A stretch of 64,000 nt of DNA from the human T2T-CHM13v2.0 reference genome, Homo sapiens: the NCBI GenBank assembly GCA_009914755.4, contig CP086569.2:7200001-7264000 (forward strand), in the 5' to 3' direction. The notes below the pieces were generated by a model. It was not told where the DNA came from and did no database searches. It worked only from the letters and a program-made list of their open reading frames with translations. Both the position numbers and the translations under genes were made by a program. This document shows positions 12,761-30,151 of the stretch, one piece after another. Position 1 is the first letter of the stretch. The number at the start of each line of letters is the position of its first letter.

Positions 12761-13189
12761 ACACTCTGTGCTCATCTGAAATCAGCTTCACACATTCACA
12801 GGGAGAGGTCTTCACGAAGAAGAAATCGTGTTTATGCCTGTAGAAGAGCAGCCACCGCCACAACAGCGTATTCAAGTATTTCCTTTTTTCGAAAACAAAA
12901 TAGTTATTTGCATGGAAAGAGAAAAGAGATCTCGGTTGTGGAAACCAAGGTCTGAGCAGAGGTGGATTTAGGAGGAATCCATGGAGGAGCTCTGGAGAGA
13001 AGAGAATTTCAGAGCTCAACTTGGTCCTGCAGTTGTTGTGTAGGCCACTGAGTCAAACATTCTAGGAGTACAGACAGATCTGTGCTGTCTAGAGATTGGA
13101 TGGATTTTTATCAATTATGCAGAGCTGGGAACAGGATACACCTCATCCCCATTTCTGGGCCAGGAATCTCTCTATGAACCCACCTCCTC

Positions 13190-14690
13190 TGAAGTGACCA
13201 CACCTGATCTCTCCCACCTGCTTTAAATAGAGCACACCTGATTGATCCCGCCTGTTTTATGTATTCCATATCTGTTTTCTCTTATGCCACCAGTTTTAGA
13301 TCACGCATACCTGATTGACTCTACATAAACCACACCTGAGTAATCCCACCTGCTTTAAATACACCACACCTGATTGACCCTGCCTGCTTTATATAGACAC
13401 ATCTGATCAATCCCACTACTTTAAACAGACCACACCTGCTTTATTTCCCCTGCTTTAAATAGACCATGTCTGCTATATCTCACCTTCTTTAAATAGAGCA
13501 TGCCTAATTGACCTTGCCTGCTTAATATAGACCACACCTTCTTTAAATCACCCATACCTGATTGACTACATGCTCTACATAAACCATGCCTGATCAATCC
13601 CGCCTGCTTTAAATAGACCATCCCTGATTGACCCTGCCTGCTTAATGTACACCATACCTGCGTTATCGCACCTCCTTTAAATACACAACACTTGATTGAC
13701 CCTGCCTGCTTTATGTAGACACATCTGATCAATCCCATTGTATTAAACAGATCACACACTAACTGACCCTGCTTGATGTATACCACACCTGCTTTATTCC
13801 ACCTGCTTAATGTACACCACACCTGCTTTATTCCACCTACTTTAAATCATCCATACCTGAATGACTCTACATGCTCTAAATAAACCATACTGATCAATCC
13901 CATCTGCTTCAGATAGACTATGACTGATTGACCCTGCCTGCTTTGAATAGCCCACATCTCAGTGATTCCACCAATATGCCACACCTGATTGATCCTGCCT
14001 GCTTTATGCAGACACATCTGATCAATCCCACTGCTTTAAATAGACCATACCTGTTCTATCTCACCTGCTTTAAATAGACCACACCTGCTTTATCTCACCT
14101 GCTTTAAATCATCGATACCTGATTGACTCTACATAAACCACACCTGAGTAATCCTACCTGCTTAAAATAGACCACACCTGATTGACCCTGCCTGCTTTGA
14201 GTAGGCCACATCGCAGTGATTCTGCCTGCTTTAAATACACCACACCTGAATGACCCTGCCTGCTTTATGTAGACACATCTGATCAATCCTACTGCTTTAA
14301 AAAGATCACACTGGCTTTATCCCACCTGCTTTAAATCATCCATACCTAACTGACTGTACATGCTCTAAATAAACCAAACCTGATCAATTCCACCTGCTTT
14401 AAATAGACCATACCTGATTGGTACACACCTGCTTTAAAGGCCACACCCAATTGACCCCCACAATTGGGTAAATCAACCACAACTGATGAAGCCTACCTGC
14501 TTTAAATTGGCCAAATCTGATTTATTCCACTTTCTTGGAACCACACCTGATTTTTTTCCCACCTCTTTTAAATAGACCACATCTATTTGACCCCAATGCT
14601 CTAAAAAAGCGACACCAGATTGATTGACCCTGAATACTGTAAATAGATCACATCTGATGTATCCCACCAGCTTTAAATAAACTACACCCA
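13190..14690. repeat. ~34 bp tandem satellite/minisatellite (about 44 degenerate units), consensus roughly 'cctgctttaaatagaccacacctgattgaccctg'
   Basis: The unit repeats directly with point variants. Longer motifs ('catccatacctgattgactctacat...aaaccacacctga') recur at larger intervals, suggesting higher-order structure. Confidence 0.85.
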
Positions 14691-15298
14691 CTATGGAAAA
14701 CAATGTGGAGATTCCTTAAAGAACTAAAAGTAGATCTACCATTTGATCCAGCAATCCCACTCCTGGGTATCTACCCAGAGGAAAAGAAGTCACCATATGA
14801 AAAAGACTTGCCCACACATGTTTATAGCAGCACAATTTGCAATTGCAAAAATATGGAAACAGCCCATATGCCCATCAATCAACAGGTAAAAAGATATATC
14901 TATACCAGGGAATACTACTCAGCCTAAAAAGGAATGAAATGATGGCATTTGCAGCAACCTGGATGGAATTGGAGACCGTTATTCTAAGTAATGTAACTCA
15001 GGAATGGAAAGCCAAACATCAAATGTTCTCACTTATAAGTGGGAGCTAAGCTATGAGGATGCAAAGGCATAGGAATGATGTAAGGGATGTTGGTGACTCA
15101 GGGGAAAGGGTGGGAGCGGGGTGAGGGATAAAAGATGACACATTGGGTACAGCGTACACTGCTCGGGTGATGGGTGCACCAAAATCTCAGAAATCACCAC
15201 TGAACAACTTATCCTTGTAAATTCACTACCACCTCTTCCCCCAATACCACCACCTGTTCCCTCAATACCTATTGAAATAAAATAAATAAATAAATAAA
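14691..15298 (+). mobile_element. L1 3' end (ORF2 C-terminus plus 3'UTR with A-rich tail) inserted into the 34 bp satellite
   Basis: 'ggaaaacaatgtggagattccttaaagaactaaaagtagatctaccatttgatccagcaatcccactcctgggtatctaccc...ttctcacttataagtgggagctaagc...' followed by the tail 'aaataaaataaataaataaataaa'. Flanking near-identical 15-mers 'aaataaactacaccc' and 'aaataaaccacacct' look like a target-site duplication. Confidence 0.85.
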
Positions 15299-15340
15299 CC
15301 ACACCTGATTGAGCACCTCTGCTTTAAATCATCTTTCTGA
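15297..15340. repeat. resumption of the 34 bp satellite after the L1 insertion
   Basis: 'ccacacctgattgagcacctctgctttaaatcatc' matches the satellite unit. Confidence 0.6.
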
Positions 15341-15740
15341 ACATACTTAGATATACTCAGCCCTGGTTCTGAAGAGAACAGCTCGAGGGCCCACACAATC
15401 TGAAAGGGAACTAGGCAACTCAGTCAGGGCTTGTTTTCTTTCTTCATTAAGGTCATGATGGGAGAACCACAACTGAGTCTGCAAGGCAGGTCTGAACACA
15501 CCGTGCTCTCAAGATGGATCTAGAAACTCAATCCCACTCTTTTCCTCTCTTGTTAAATATAGTCCGTTCTGCATAAAGGAGACAGATGTGTTCTCCTGAA
15601 TCAGTTTTTGCTATGCAAAAAGTGCTCAATTATAACATAGGGCTTATGGAAAAAACACAGCGTGGAGCAGCTCTCAAAGATGTTATCACTGATGCAAAGA
15701 ATATACAATATTTATTTGTCAATTAAAAATGAATAAATAG

Positions 15741-15895
15741 GGCTGGGTGCAGTGGCATCCCAGCACTCTCAAGCGAGTAGATTATTTGAACCCAGGAGTT
15801 TGAGACTAGCCTGGGCAACATAGCAAAACCCCTTCTCTACAAAAAAATACATGAAATTAGCCAGGCATAGTGGTGCGCAACTGTAGTCTCAATTA
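15741..15895 (+). mobile_element. Alu 5' portion (truncated)
   Basis: 'ggctgggtgcagtggcatcccagcactctcaagcgagtagattatttgaacccaggagtttgagactagcctgggcaacatagcaaaaccc...ttagccaggcatagtggtgcgc'. Confidence 0.75.
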
Positions 15896-16132
15896 TAGCT
15901 CACTGCAGCTTTGCATCCTGGGTTCAAGCAATTCTCCTGCCTCAGCCTCCTGAGTAGCTGGGATTATAGGTGCCCACCACCACACCTGACTAATTTTTGT
16001 ATTTTTAATAGAGATGGGGTTTCACAATGTTGGCCAGGCTGGTCTCGAACTCCTGACCTCAGATGATCTGCCTGCCTTGGCCTCCCAGAGTGTTGGGATT
16101 GGGATTACAGGCATGAGCCACTGTGCTCGGCC
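15896..16132 (-). mobile_element. Alu (minus orientation, 3'-truncated), abutting the preceding plus-strand Alu
   Basis: 'ctcactgcagc...ctcctgcctcagcctcctgagtagctgggattataggtgcccaccaccacacctgactaatttttgtatttttaatagagatggggtttcacaatgttggccaggctggtctcgaactcctgacctcag...gcatgagccactgtgctcggcc'. Confidence 0.85.
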
Positions 16133-16554
16133 ACATGACTTTTCTGATACCTTTTCTATTGCTTATATATTTCTTATTTTCATTCAAAAGTGCCCTCCTT
16201 TTGTCTGGAGCAGTTGACTGATGACTGAATAGTTGCAGAATGAAAACACACTTGAAGGCATTGTCAGGAAGTCCTATCAACGCTCTTTTCTTTGGCGATG
16301 ACCAGTGTTTTCTCCCCCAGGAGACAAGCAGGGCCAAGAAGTCAGGGATATTTTGAGAACTTCAAGGAGGAAACTGAATGGAAGATAGGGAGAGAATTCT
16401 TCCTACCCAGAGGGCTTTACAGGAGGTGAGAATCATGGGACCATAGCCTGTTGCACAGGAGTGAAGAGTCCTCGTGGTGTTGAAGTTGGCCAAGTATATG
16501 TGTCCTGAAAGTTAAATATTGAGCCAAAAATGCATTAACAGCCCATCCCATTAG

Positions 16555-16556
<2 letters not shown>

Positions 16557-16595
<39 letters not shown>
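16557..16595. repeat. (GT)n microsatellite, about 19 units
   Basis: An uninterrupted 'gtgtgt...' run. Confidence 0.95.
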
Positions 16596-16598
<3 letters not shown>

Positions 16599-16654
16599 GG
16601 TTGGTGGAAATTTAAGCAGGATGCACAGGAAGTTGCTGTTTATAAGGGGGCTAT

Positions 16655-17040
16655 ATTCATCTCCTAGGGCTGCCATGACAAAGAGTCACAGACTGGGTGG
16701 CTTGAACAACAGAAATTTATTTCCCCACTGTCCTGGAGGCTGGAAGTCTAAGATGAAGGTATGGGAAGTGCTGGTTCCTTCTGAGACCTTTCTTCTTGGC
16801 TTGCAGACACTGTCTTCTCCTTGTGTGCTCACATGGTCCTCCCTCTATGCAGATCTGTGTCCAAATCTCCTCTTCTTGTAAGAGCTCTAGTCTTATTGGA
16901 TTAGGGCCATTCATAATCACCTCATTTTACCTTAATTACCTTTTTAAATACCCTATCTCCAAATAAAGTCACATTCTAAGATACTGAGACTTAGGGCTTC
17001 AACATGGACATTTTACAGGCACATAGTTAACCCTGTAACA
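16655..17040. mobile_element. ancient interspersed repeat (MER-class), family not resolved
   Basis: I recognise the widely dispersed motif series 'ctgccatgacaaagagtcacagactgggtggcttgaacaacagaaatttatt...ctggaggctggaagtctaagatgaaggt...ggattagggccattcataatcacctcattttaccttaattacc...ccaaataaagtcacattctaagatactgag...ttcaacatggacatttt' as a common human repeat. I cannot name the family from memory. Confidence 0.4.
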
Positions 17041-17589
17041 GAAGATGGAGATATTTTTCCTTCCAAAAATCTATCATCTGCATTGGAAAGTCAGGTTCCG
17101 ACAGACACACTGAAATATGCACTTTTTATTTTTGTCTCCATCAAGAAAAAATGCAACCCTTGCTCTTGTAGTTATTACGGGAGACTGGAAAAATTATTTG
17201 ACAAGTGCCAAATGAAACCAAAAGAAAGCTTGCATTTTTCTCTTTAGCACTTCCAACAAAGTCTTTGTTAGCCTCCGTTCATACCAGCAAAGTGAGGGGC
17301 AGAGAAAAAAGTTAGTGGGGAAAGCCAACTTATGCTCCATGCTCAGGGAAAGACTTCCTTACATTGTTAGGTTCCATTGACTGACTTTGGTGAGCTGCTC
17401 CTTTACATCAACTTTATGGGATGTAGGTCCATGCCTCACCTTCATTCACCTACCTACAAAGATGCCCCAGAGATAGAATGGACTGCAGCCTACAGGCTAT
17501 CAAGACCAAGGCAGGGAACTTCCACCTGGAGCCAATTCACTGCACGTAAGTGTTTAAACAGATACACTGTAAGACATCTAGTATGAATG

Positions 17590-18606
17590 GTGCATATTTA
17601 AGACAAGGTGGAACAGCAAAAGAAATTATCAACAGAATAAGAAGACAACCTACAGAATGGGGAAAGTATTTGCAAAGTATGCAGTGGACAAAGGACAAAT
17701 ATCCAGAATCTATATGGAACTTAAAGAAGTCAACAAGAAAAAAACCCAAAACAACCCAGTAAAACATCAGCAAAGAACATAAACAGACAAGTTTTGAAAG
17801 AAGATATACATGAATACAACAATCATATTAAAAAAGCCTTGACATCACTGATCATTAGAGAAATGCAAATCAAAATCACAATGAGATAGCATCTCACAGC
17901 AGCAAGAATGGCCTTAAAAAGTGAAAAAACAACAGATGCTGCTGAGGCTGCAGAGGAAAGGGAACACTTATACAGTACTGGTGGGAATGTAAATTAGTTA
18001 AGCCCTGGTGGGAATCGGTTTGGAGATTTCTAAATATTTAAAAATAGAATTACCATTCTACCCAGCAATTTTATTACTGGGTATCTACTCAAAGGAAAAT
18101 AAACCATTCTACCAGAAACACACATGCACTCTTATGTTCCTTGCAGAACTATTTACAATAGCAAAGACATGGAACCAACTTAAGTGCCCATCAATGGTGG
18201 ACTGGATAAAGAAAACTTGGTGCATATACATGATGGAATACTGCACACTCATGATAAAGGTTGAAATCATGTCCTTTGCAGAAACATGGCTGCAGCTGGA
18301 GGCCATTATCTTAAGTGAATTAACACCAGCAACAGAAAATCAAATAACGTATTTTCTCACTTATAAGTGGGAGCTAGATATTGAGTATACATGGACACCA
18401 AGATAGGTACAGTAGACACTAGGGATTCCAAAAGCAGGAAGGGAAAGAGGAGGAGAAGGGTTGAAAAAGTACTTATTGGGTAACAGGCTCACTATGTGGA
18501 TGACAGGTTCATTAGGAGCCCAAACCTCAGCATCATGCAATATGCTCAGGTCAGAAACTTACACATGTACCTCCTGAATCTAAAATAAAATAAGTATCAA
18601 TAAAAG
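17590..18606 (+). mobile_element. L1 3' end (ORF2 C-terminus plus 3'UTR; older L1PB/L1MA-like)
   Basis: '...atccagaatctatatggaacttaaagaagtcaacaagaaaaaaacccaaaacaacccag...attagagaaatgcaaatcaaaatcacaatgagatagcatctcacagcagcaagaatggcc...acagtactggtgggaatgtaaattagtt...ttctcacttataagtgggagctagatattgagtatacatggacaccaag...', then an A-rich tail. Confidence 0.85.
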
Positions 18607-19029
18607 GTAAGGTGAAACTTCAAGGACACCTACACTGGCATGGATCAGGGGGATATTTGGGACTACATTTTCAGATTCCAGGAGAATATAATCTTTCTCT
18701 GCTATGTGCATTTGCATACATTGGTTTCTTATGAAATGACACGTATCTTGAACTTATGTATCCCATTCATGGTTAAGTTTTATTGACTGAAAAACAGGAA
18801 CTGTATACCCATCTTGCCAGTGGCTATGAGAATAAGTGATACTTGCTGTGATGCAATTAACCCCAGCCTGACCCATGCCCAGCACTCACTTGGGGTGGCT
18901 ATTGCTACATTTCTCTCCAAATGGAAAGAAGAATGTGGACCTCTTCTAAATCGCTTGGCTGGATTGGCTCTGAGTTTTCATATTAGACTTAAACAATTAT
19001 TGAGGCTTTAGCCTAGGGTAGAATGAATT

Positions 19030-19398
19030 TGTATTAGTCAGTTCGAATGCTGCTAATAAAGATATACCAAAAGTGGGTAATTTATAAAGGAAAAGATGTT
19101 TAATGGACTTACAGTTTCACATGGCTGGGAGGCCTCACAATCATGGCAGAAGATGAAGGATGAGGAAAGGAACTTCTTACATGGTGGTGGGCAAAAGAGA
19201 GAGGACTTGTGCTGGGGAACTCCTCCTTGTAAACCCAGCAGATCTTGTGAGACTTATTCACTATCATGAGAATAGCATGTGAAAGACCCATGCCCATGAT
19301 CCAATTACTTCCCATCAGGTCCCTTCCATGGCATGTGGGAACTGTGGGAGCTACAATTCAAGATGAGAATTGGGTGGGGACACAGCCAAACCATACCA
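19030..19398 (-). mobile_element. solo LTR of a MaLR (THE1/MST-type)
   Basis: 'tgtattagtcagttcgaatgctgctaataaagatatacc...ttaatggacttacagtttcacatggctgggaggcctcacaatcatggcagaag...caagatgagaattgggtggggacacagccaaaccatacca'. Confidence 0.7.
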
Positions 19399-20233
19399 CA
19401 ATTCTTTTGCAAACTTTCTTATTCTTCAAAGCACTTAAAGAGACTTGGTTCTTAAATTTTTTGTTTAATAATTTCACTTTAGGGCCAATCATCCCATCAT
19501 TTGCTAAGCAAATGGTGCTGAATTAATTTTCCTATAACCGATGCATTAGTATTTCTAACTGACATCTCTTAAAGTAAGTTGAATTTGGGACTGGTATTGA
19601 ATTGCATTTAATGCTTTATTACTATTTCCTCAAGTCTGAAGGATCTGTTTCCAAATGTAGCAGTTTCAAGATAAACATACAAAGACTATCTTTCCGTCAC
19701 CTCTCAAATAATTTTTAATACTTTTAAAAAATTAAGATAATAATAGTCTGGATTCTTTTCAATACTACTCTTTCTAGATTATGCATGTTCCTTCAGAATG
19801 CTTCATTTTTATCAGATTAGTCTGCTGTTGGCAAATGAATAAAATTTTGATCAAAAGCATTTACTCAAAGGCTCAACGCACATTTTAAAACTACATGAAT
19901 ATGGTCATCTTTTGTACTGTTTTGTTTTACTTCATGGATTAATGTTCACAGTGTTGAGTGATTCCAGGACATGAAATATGGCCTCCTTCCTCTTCCTGAC
20001 TTTTATTCTTCTCTCTCTTCCAGAGTAGACACATTCCTTGAAGTGAGTATGAGTGAAGCCCCCAGCATTCCACATGCTGTGGTGGGGACTTTCCTAGCTA
20101 TCAGTAGACTATTTCCATGTCATCCAATTTCTCTCCTGTAATGACTCATGGAGTCCTTGTGCTGAGCCGTGAGCCTCATTGTCTATAAAGAGGTTTGGTC
20201 CACCCCGGTCTATTGGTCAAGATTTACATAAGT

Positions 20234-21155
<922 letters not shown>

Positions 21156-22038
21156 TTTACAAGAAAAATCCAAATAACCCCATCAAAAAGTGGGCAAAGG
21201 ATATGAACAGACACTTTTCTAAAGAAGAATGTATGCAGCCAATAGACACATGAAAAAATGAGCATCATCACTAGTCATCAGAGAAATGCAAATCAAAACC
21301 ACAATGAGATATCATCTCAAGCCAGTTAGAATGTCAGTCATTAAAATTCAGAAAATAACAGGCGCCAGAGAGGAGGTAGAGAAATAGGAATGTTTTTACA
21401 CTGTTGATGGGAGTGTAAATTAGTTCAACCATTGTGGAAGACAGTGTGGCTATTCCTCAAGGATCTAGAACTAGAAATATCATTTTACCCAGCCATCCCA
21501 TTACTAGATATATACCCAAAAGTTTATAAATCATGCTACGATAAAGACACATGCACGTGTTTGTTTATTGTGGCACTGCAATAACAAAGACTTGGAACCA
21601 ACCCAAATGCCCATCAATAATAGACTGGATAAAGAAAATGTGGCACATATACACCAGGGAATACTATGCAGCCACAAAAAAGGATGAGCTCATGTACTTT
21701 ACAGGGACATGGATCAAGCTGGAAACCATCATTCTGAGCAAATTATCTCAAGGACAGAAAAGCAAACACCATATGTTCTCACTCATAGGTGGGAATTGAA
21801 CAATGAGAACACTTGGACACAAGGCAAGGAACATCACACACCGGGGCTTGTCATGGGGTGGGGGGATGGAGGGGATATCATTAGGAGAAATACCTAATGT
21901 AAATGATGAATTAATCGGTGCAGCAAACCAACATGGCACATGTATACATATGTAACAAACCTGCATGTTGTGCACGTGTACCCTAGAACTTAAAGTATAA
22001 TAAAAAACAAGAAAAAGAAAAAGAAAAATTCCTCTTCT
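21156..22038 (+). mobile_element. second L1 3' end (younger L1PA-like), directly abutting the previous L1 3' end
   Basis: 'tttacaagaaaaatccaaataaccccatcaaaaagtgggcaaaggatatgaacagacacttttctaaagaagaa...catcagagaaatgcaaatcaaaaccacaatgagatatcatctc...gggaattgaacaatgagaacacttggacacaaggcaaggaacatcacacaccggggcttgtcatggggtgggggg...gtaccctagaacttaaagtataataaaaaac'. Confidence 0.85.
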
Positions 22039-22629
22039 CTGAAAGACAGGAGGCTGGCAGAAATGTTTTTGAGATCCTATAGAGAAAACCAAGTGTATTT
22101 ACAAAGTGTCATCAAACTTTTACTGAGCAATTCTATGTTCTGAAAGCTCTGTTAGATATTTGCTATTTACCACAACCTCAGGAAGTGTTTTTATCTTCAT
22201 CCCCATTTTTTGGGGGAGAAAAGGGTGCAGAAGCTGAGGCTTAACCAGGTAAAACCATACACTTAAGCTGACATAGCTCAGAGGCTTTGACTTTTAATAC
22301 CCAGGAAATCACCTCCAGTATTAACAGCTTCAAGAATTCTCTATCTGAAACATTTTTAAATTTATTTATTTATTTATCTATTTTTAATTTTTTTTTTCTT
22401 TTTTTTAAATTTATTATTATTATACTTTAAGTTTTAGGGTACATGTGCACAATGTGCAGGTTAGTTACATATGTATACACGTGTCATGCTGGTGCGCTGC
22501 ACCCACTAACTCGTCATCTAGCATTAGGTATATCTCCCAGTGCTATCCCTCCCCACTCCCCCCGACCCCACAACAGTCCCCAGAGTGTGATGTTCCCCTT
22601 CCTGTGTCCCTGTGTTCTCATTGTTCAAT

Positions 22630-26400
<3,771 letters not shown>

Positions 26401-26503
26401 ATTTAAAGTTAATATTGTTATCTGTATTTGATCCTGTCATTATGATGTTACCTGGTTATTTTGCTCGTTAGTTGATGCAATTTCCTCCTAGTATCGATGG
26501 TCT

Positions 26504-27519
26504 TTACAATTTGGCATGATTTTGCAGCGGCTGGTATCGGTTGTTCCTTTCCATGTTTAGCGCTTCCTTCAGGAGCTCTTTTAGGGCAGGCCTGGTGGTG
26601 ACAAAATCTCTCAGCATTTGCTCTTCTGTAAAGTATTTTATTTCTCCTTCACTTATGAAGCTTAGTTTTGCTGGATATGAAATTCTGGGTTGAAAATTCT
26701 TTTCTTTAAGAATGTTGAATATTGGCCCCACTTTCTTCTGGCTTGTAGAGTTTCTGCTGAGATATCCGCTCTTAGTCTGATGGGCTTCCCTTTGTGGGTA
26801 ACCCGACCTTTCTCTCTGGCTGCCCTTAACATTTTTTCCTTCATTTCAACTTTGGTGAATCTGACAATTATGTGTCTTGGAGTTGCTCTTCTCGAGGAGT
26901 ATCTTTGTGGCATTCTCTGTATTTCCTGAATCTGAATGTTGGCCTGCCTTGCTAGATTGGGGAAGTTCTCCTGGATAATATCCTGCAGAGTGTTTTCCAA
27001 CTTGGTTCCATTCTCCCCGTCACTTTCAGGTACACCAATCAGACGTAGATTTTGTCTTTTCACATAGTCCCATATTTCTTGGAGGCTTTGCTCATTTCTT
27101 TTTATTCTTTTTACTCTAAACTTCCCTTCTTGCTTCATTTCATTCATTTCATCTTCCATCGCTGATACCCTTTCTTCCAGTTGATTGCATTGGCTCCTGA
27201 GGCTTCTGCATTTTTCACATAGTTCTCGAGCCTTGGTTTTCAGCTCCATCAGCTCCTTTAAGCACTTCTCTGTATTGGTTATTCTAGTTATACATTCTTC
27301 TAAACTTTTTTCAAAGTTTTCAACTTCTTTGCCTTTGGTTTGAATTTCCTCCCATAGCTCAGAGTAATTTGATCGTCTGAAGCCTTCTTCTCTCAGCTCG
27401 TCAAAGTCATTCTCCGTCCAGCTTTGTTCCATTGCTGGTAAGGAACTGGGTTCCTTTGGAGGAGGAGAGGCACTCTGCTTTTTAGAATTTCCAGTTTTTC
27501 TGCTCTGTTTCTTCCCCAT
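26504..27519 (-). pseudogene. L1 ORF1 (frameshifted, split into 285-aa and 75-aa ORFs)
   Basis: ORF 26662-27519 reads 'MGKKQSRKTGNSKKQSASPPPKE...RMPQRYSSRRATPRHIIVRFTKVEMKEKMLRAAREKGRVTHKGKPIRL...'. It stops early at '...FNPEFHIQQN'. The rest, 'FQPRISYPAKLSFISEGEIKYFT...NMERNNRYQPLQNHAKL', sits in another frame (26504-26731). Confidence 0.85.
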
Positions 27520-28445
27520 CTTTGTGGTTTTATCTACTTTTGGTCCTTGATGATGGTGATGTACAGATGGGTTTTTGGTGTGGATGTCCTTTCTGTTTGT
27601 TAGTTTTCCTTCTAACAGACAGGACCCTCAGCTGCAGGTCTGTTGGAGTACCTGGCAGTGTGAGGTGTCAGTCTGCCCCTGCTAGGGGGTGCCTCCCAGT
27701 TAGGCTGCTTGGGGGTTAGGGGTCAGGGACCCATTTGAGGAGGCAGTCTGCCCATTCTCAGATCTCCAGCTGCATGCTGGGAGAACCACTGCTCTCTTCA
27801 AAGGTGTCAGACTGGGACATTTAAGTCTGCAGAGGTTACTGCTGTCTTTTTGTTTGTCTGTGCCCTGCCCCCAGAGGTGGAGCCTACAGAGGAACACAGG
27901 CTTCCTTGAGCTGTGGTGGGCTCCACCCAGTTGGAGCTTCCCAGCTGCTTTGTTTACCTAAGCAAGCCTGGGCAATGGTGGGCGCCCCTCCCCCAGGCTC
28001 GCTGCCACCTTGCAATTTGATCTCAGACTGCTGTTCTAGCAATCAGTGAGACTCCATGGGCATAGGACACTCCCAGCCATGTGCAGGCTATAATCTCCTG
28101 GTGCGCCATTTTTTAAGCCCATCGGAAAAGTGCAGTATTCGGATGGGAGTGACCCGATTTTCCAGGTGCCCTCTGTCACCGCTTTCTTTGACTAGGAAAG
28201 GGAACTCCCTGACCCCTTGTGCTTCCTGAGTGAGGCAATGCCTTGCCCTGCTTCAGCTGCCACACAGTGCATGCACCCACTGACCTGCGCCCACTGTCTG
28301 GCACTCCCTAGTGAGATGAACCAGGTACCTCAGATGGAAATGCAGAAATCACCTCTCTTCTGTGTCGCTTACACAAGGAGCTGTAGACTGGAGCTGTTCC
28401 TATTCAGCCATCTTGGCTCCTCCCCCTTTAACTGTTTAAATCTTA

Positions 28446-28735
28446 ATTTTTTTTGAGACAGTCTCACACTGTGGCCCTGGCTGGAGTGTAGTGTCAAGAT
28501 CTTGGTTTTTGCAGCCTTGAGTTCCCCAGGCTCAGGTGATCATCCCACCTCAGTTTACTGAGTAGCTGGGACTATAGGCACACACCACCACATCTGGCTA
28601 ATTTTCATATTTTTTTGTAGAGAGAAGGTTTTGTCATGTTGCCCAGGCTTGCCTAGAACTCCTGGGCTAAATCAATCTGCCCACCTTGACCTCCAAAGGT
28701 AGTGGTATTACAGGCATAAACAAGAGCACCTAGCC
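28446..28735 (-). mobile_element. Alu (older, AluJ/S-like) immediately adjacent to the L1 5' end
   Basis: poly-T, then 'gagacagtctcacactgtggccctggctggagtgtagtg...cctcagtttactgagtagctgggactataggcacacaccaccacatctggctaatttt...ctcctgggctaaatcaatctgcccaccttgacctccaaagg'. Confidence 0.8.
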
Positions 28736-30151
28736 TCTGTCTGAACTCTTAAAACCAGAAACAGAGCATGACAATGTAAAAATACAAAGAAACATTGACT
28801 GGAGGAATAGAGACAGGAGACCTGTGGAGATTGTTCTGTCCCCAATGTCTTGCCGTAATATGTGTCCTGCATATGGGTAGAAACTCATAAAATACAAAGA
28901 CTGTAGGTTTAGCATGAGGAGATGTCATGTGGCCAATGATGAGGAAGTTCTGTCTTTCCCTTCATTAATTGGGCTATTGTGCATGATCTGTTTTTGTTTG
29001 CTGAAATTCAGGTTAGAGATAGAAAACTTCCTTATGTTGGAAGAGCTTTAAACATTCTCAGACTTAGTCATCACTCACCTGGTGTCTGGGGTTCACCTTC
29101 ATACTCCAGGTCACAAAGCAGTTCTGTCCAATGGAACATTCTACAGTCATGAAAATGTGCTATAATCTGCACAGTTCAATAGCTAGCTAGCTGCTATTCA
29201 ACACTGAAAATATGGTGGCTAGTGGTGAATAAACAAATGGATTTTTATTTTATTTAATGTTAATTCACTTAATTCACTTAAATTTAAATAGCTACATGCA
29301 ACAGGCTATCCTGTTACACATTGCAATCCTAGGACCTGTGGGTTTCTGAAATCCGATGCAAAGTCTTTGCAAATATGACTGTTCAAAGTATATCCTGGGC
29401 TCTTGATCAATGAGGATGTGAGCATCTCCAAAACAGAATGATCCCTGATGGAAACAAGTGCAATGACTTTATCTGTACAGTTGACCCTTGAACACCACAG
29501 GTTAGATCTGCAGAAGTCCACTTATATGGGGATTTTCTTTCACCTTTGCCACTGCTGAGACAGCAAGACCAACCTCTTCTCTTGCTCCTCCTCAACATAC
29601 TCAATATGAAGATGTTGATGATAAAGACCTTTATGATGATCCACTTCTATTTAATGAATAGCAAATATACTTTCTCTTACTTATGATTTAATTTTATCCA
29701 GCTTGCCTTATTGGAAAGATACAGAATATAATGCACATAACATACAAAATAGATGTTAACCAACTGCTTATGTTATCATCAGTAAGGCTTCCAATCAGTA
29801 GTAGGCTATTGGTAGCTAAGTTTGGGGAGCCAACCATTATGTGCAGATTTTTCACTGGGCAGGGGATCAGTGACTCTAATGCACACATTGTTAGAGGGTC
29901 AAACGTACTTGCCAGCAGAATATTGGCCTTATTTTTCTGTGAGGCCAGATGGCTCTTTCCTCCCTCTGAATCTGAATTCATGGGTTTTGTTTTAGAAAAT
30001 ATCTAATTTCAAAAAAGCTATGCACAAGTTGAAAAGTCTCTCTTGTGGCATGCATTGAAAAGATTCAAGAGCAGGAACTATGTTACTGTTGGTATTATGT
30101 TCCCAACGTGGACCGTGGTGTCTGAAGCATAGTAGAAGCTTGGTAGCTGTA

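Noticed and set aside
12432-13019. 195 aa minus-strand ORF across the CpG-rich block as a protein-coding gene
   Set aside because: No domain resemblance, and overlapping plus-strand ORFs of similar length point to GC-driven ORF inflation. The CpG richness is reported as a finding, not the ORF.
26662-27519. 285 aa L1 ORF1 as a potentially intact protein
   Set aside because: Human ORF1p is ~338 aa. Here the C-terminal RRM/CTD region continues in a different frame (26504-26731), so a frameshift has inactivated it. ORF2 is fragmented.
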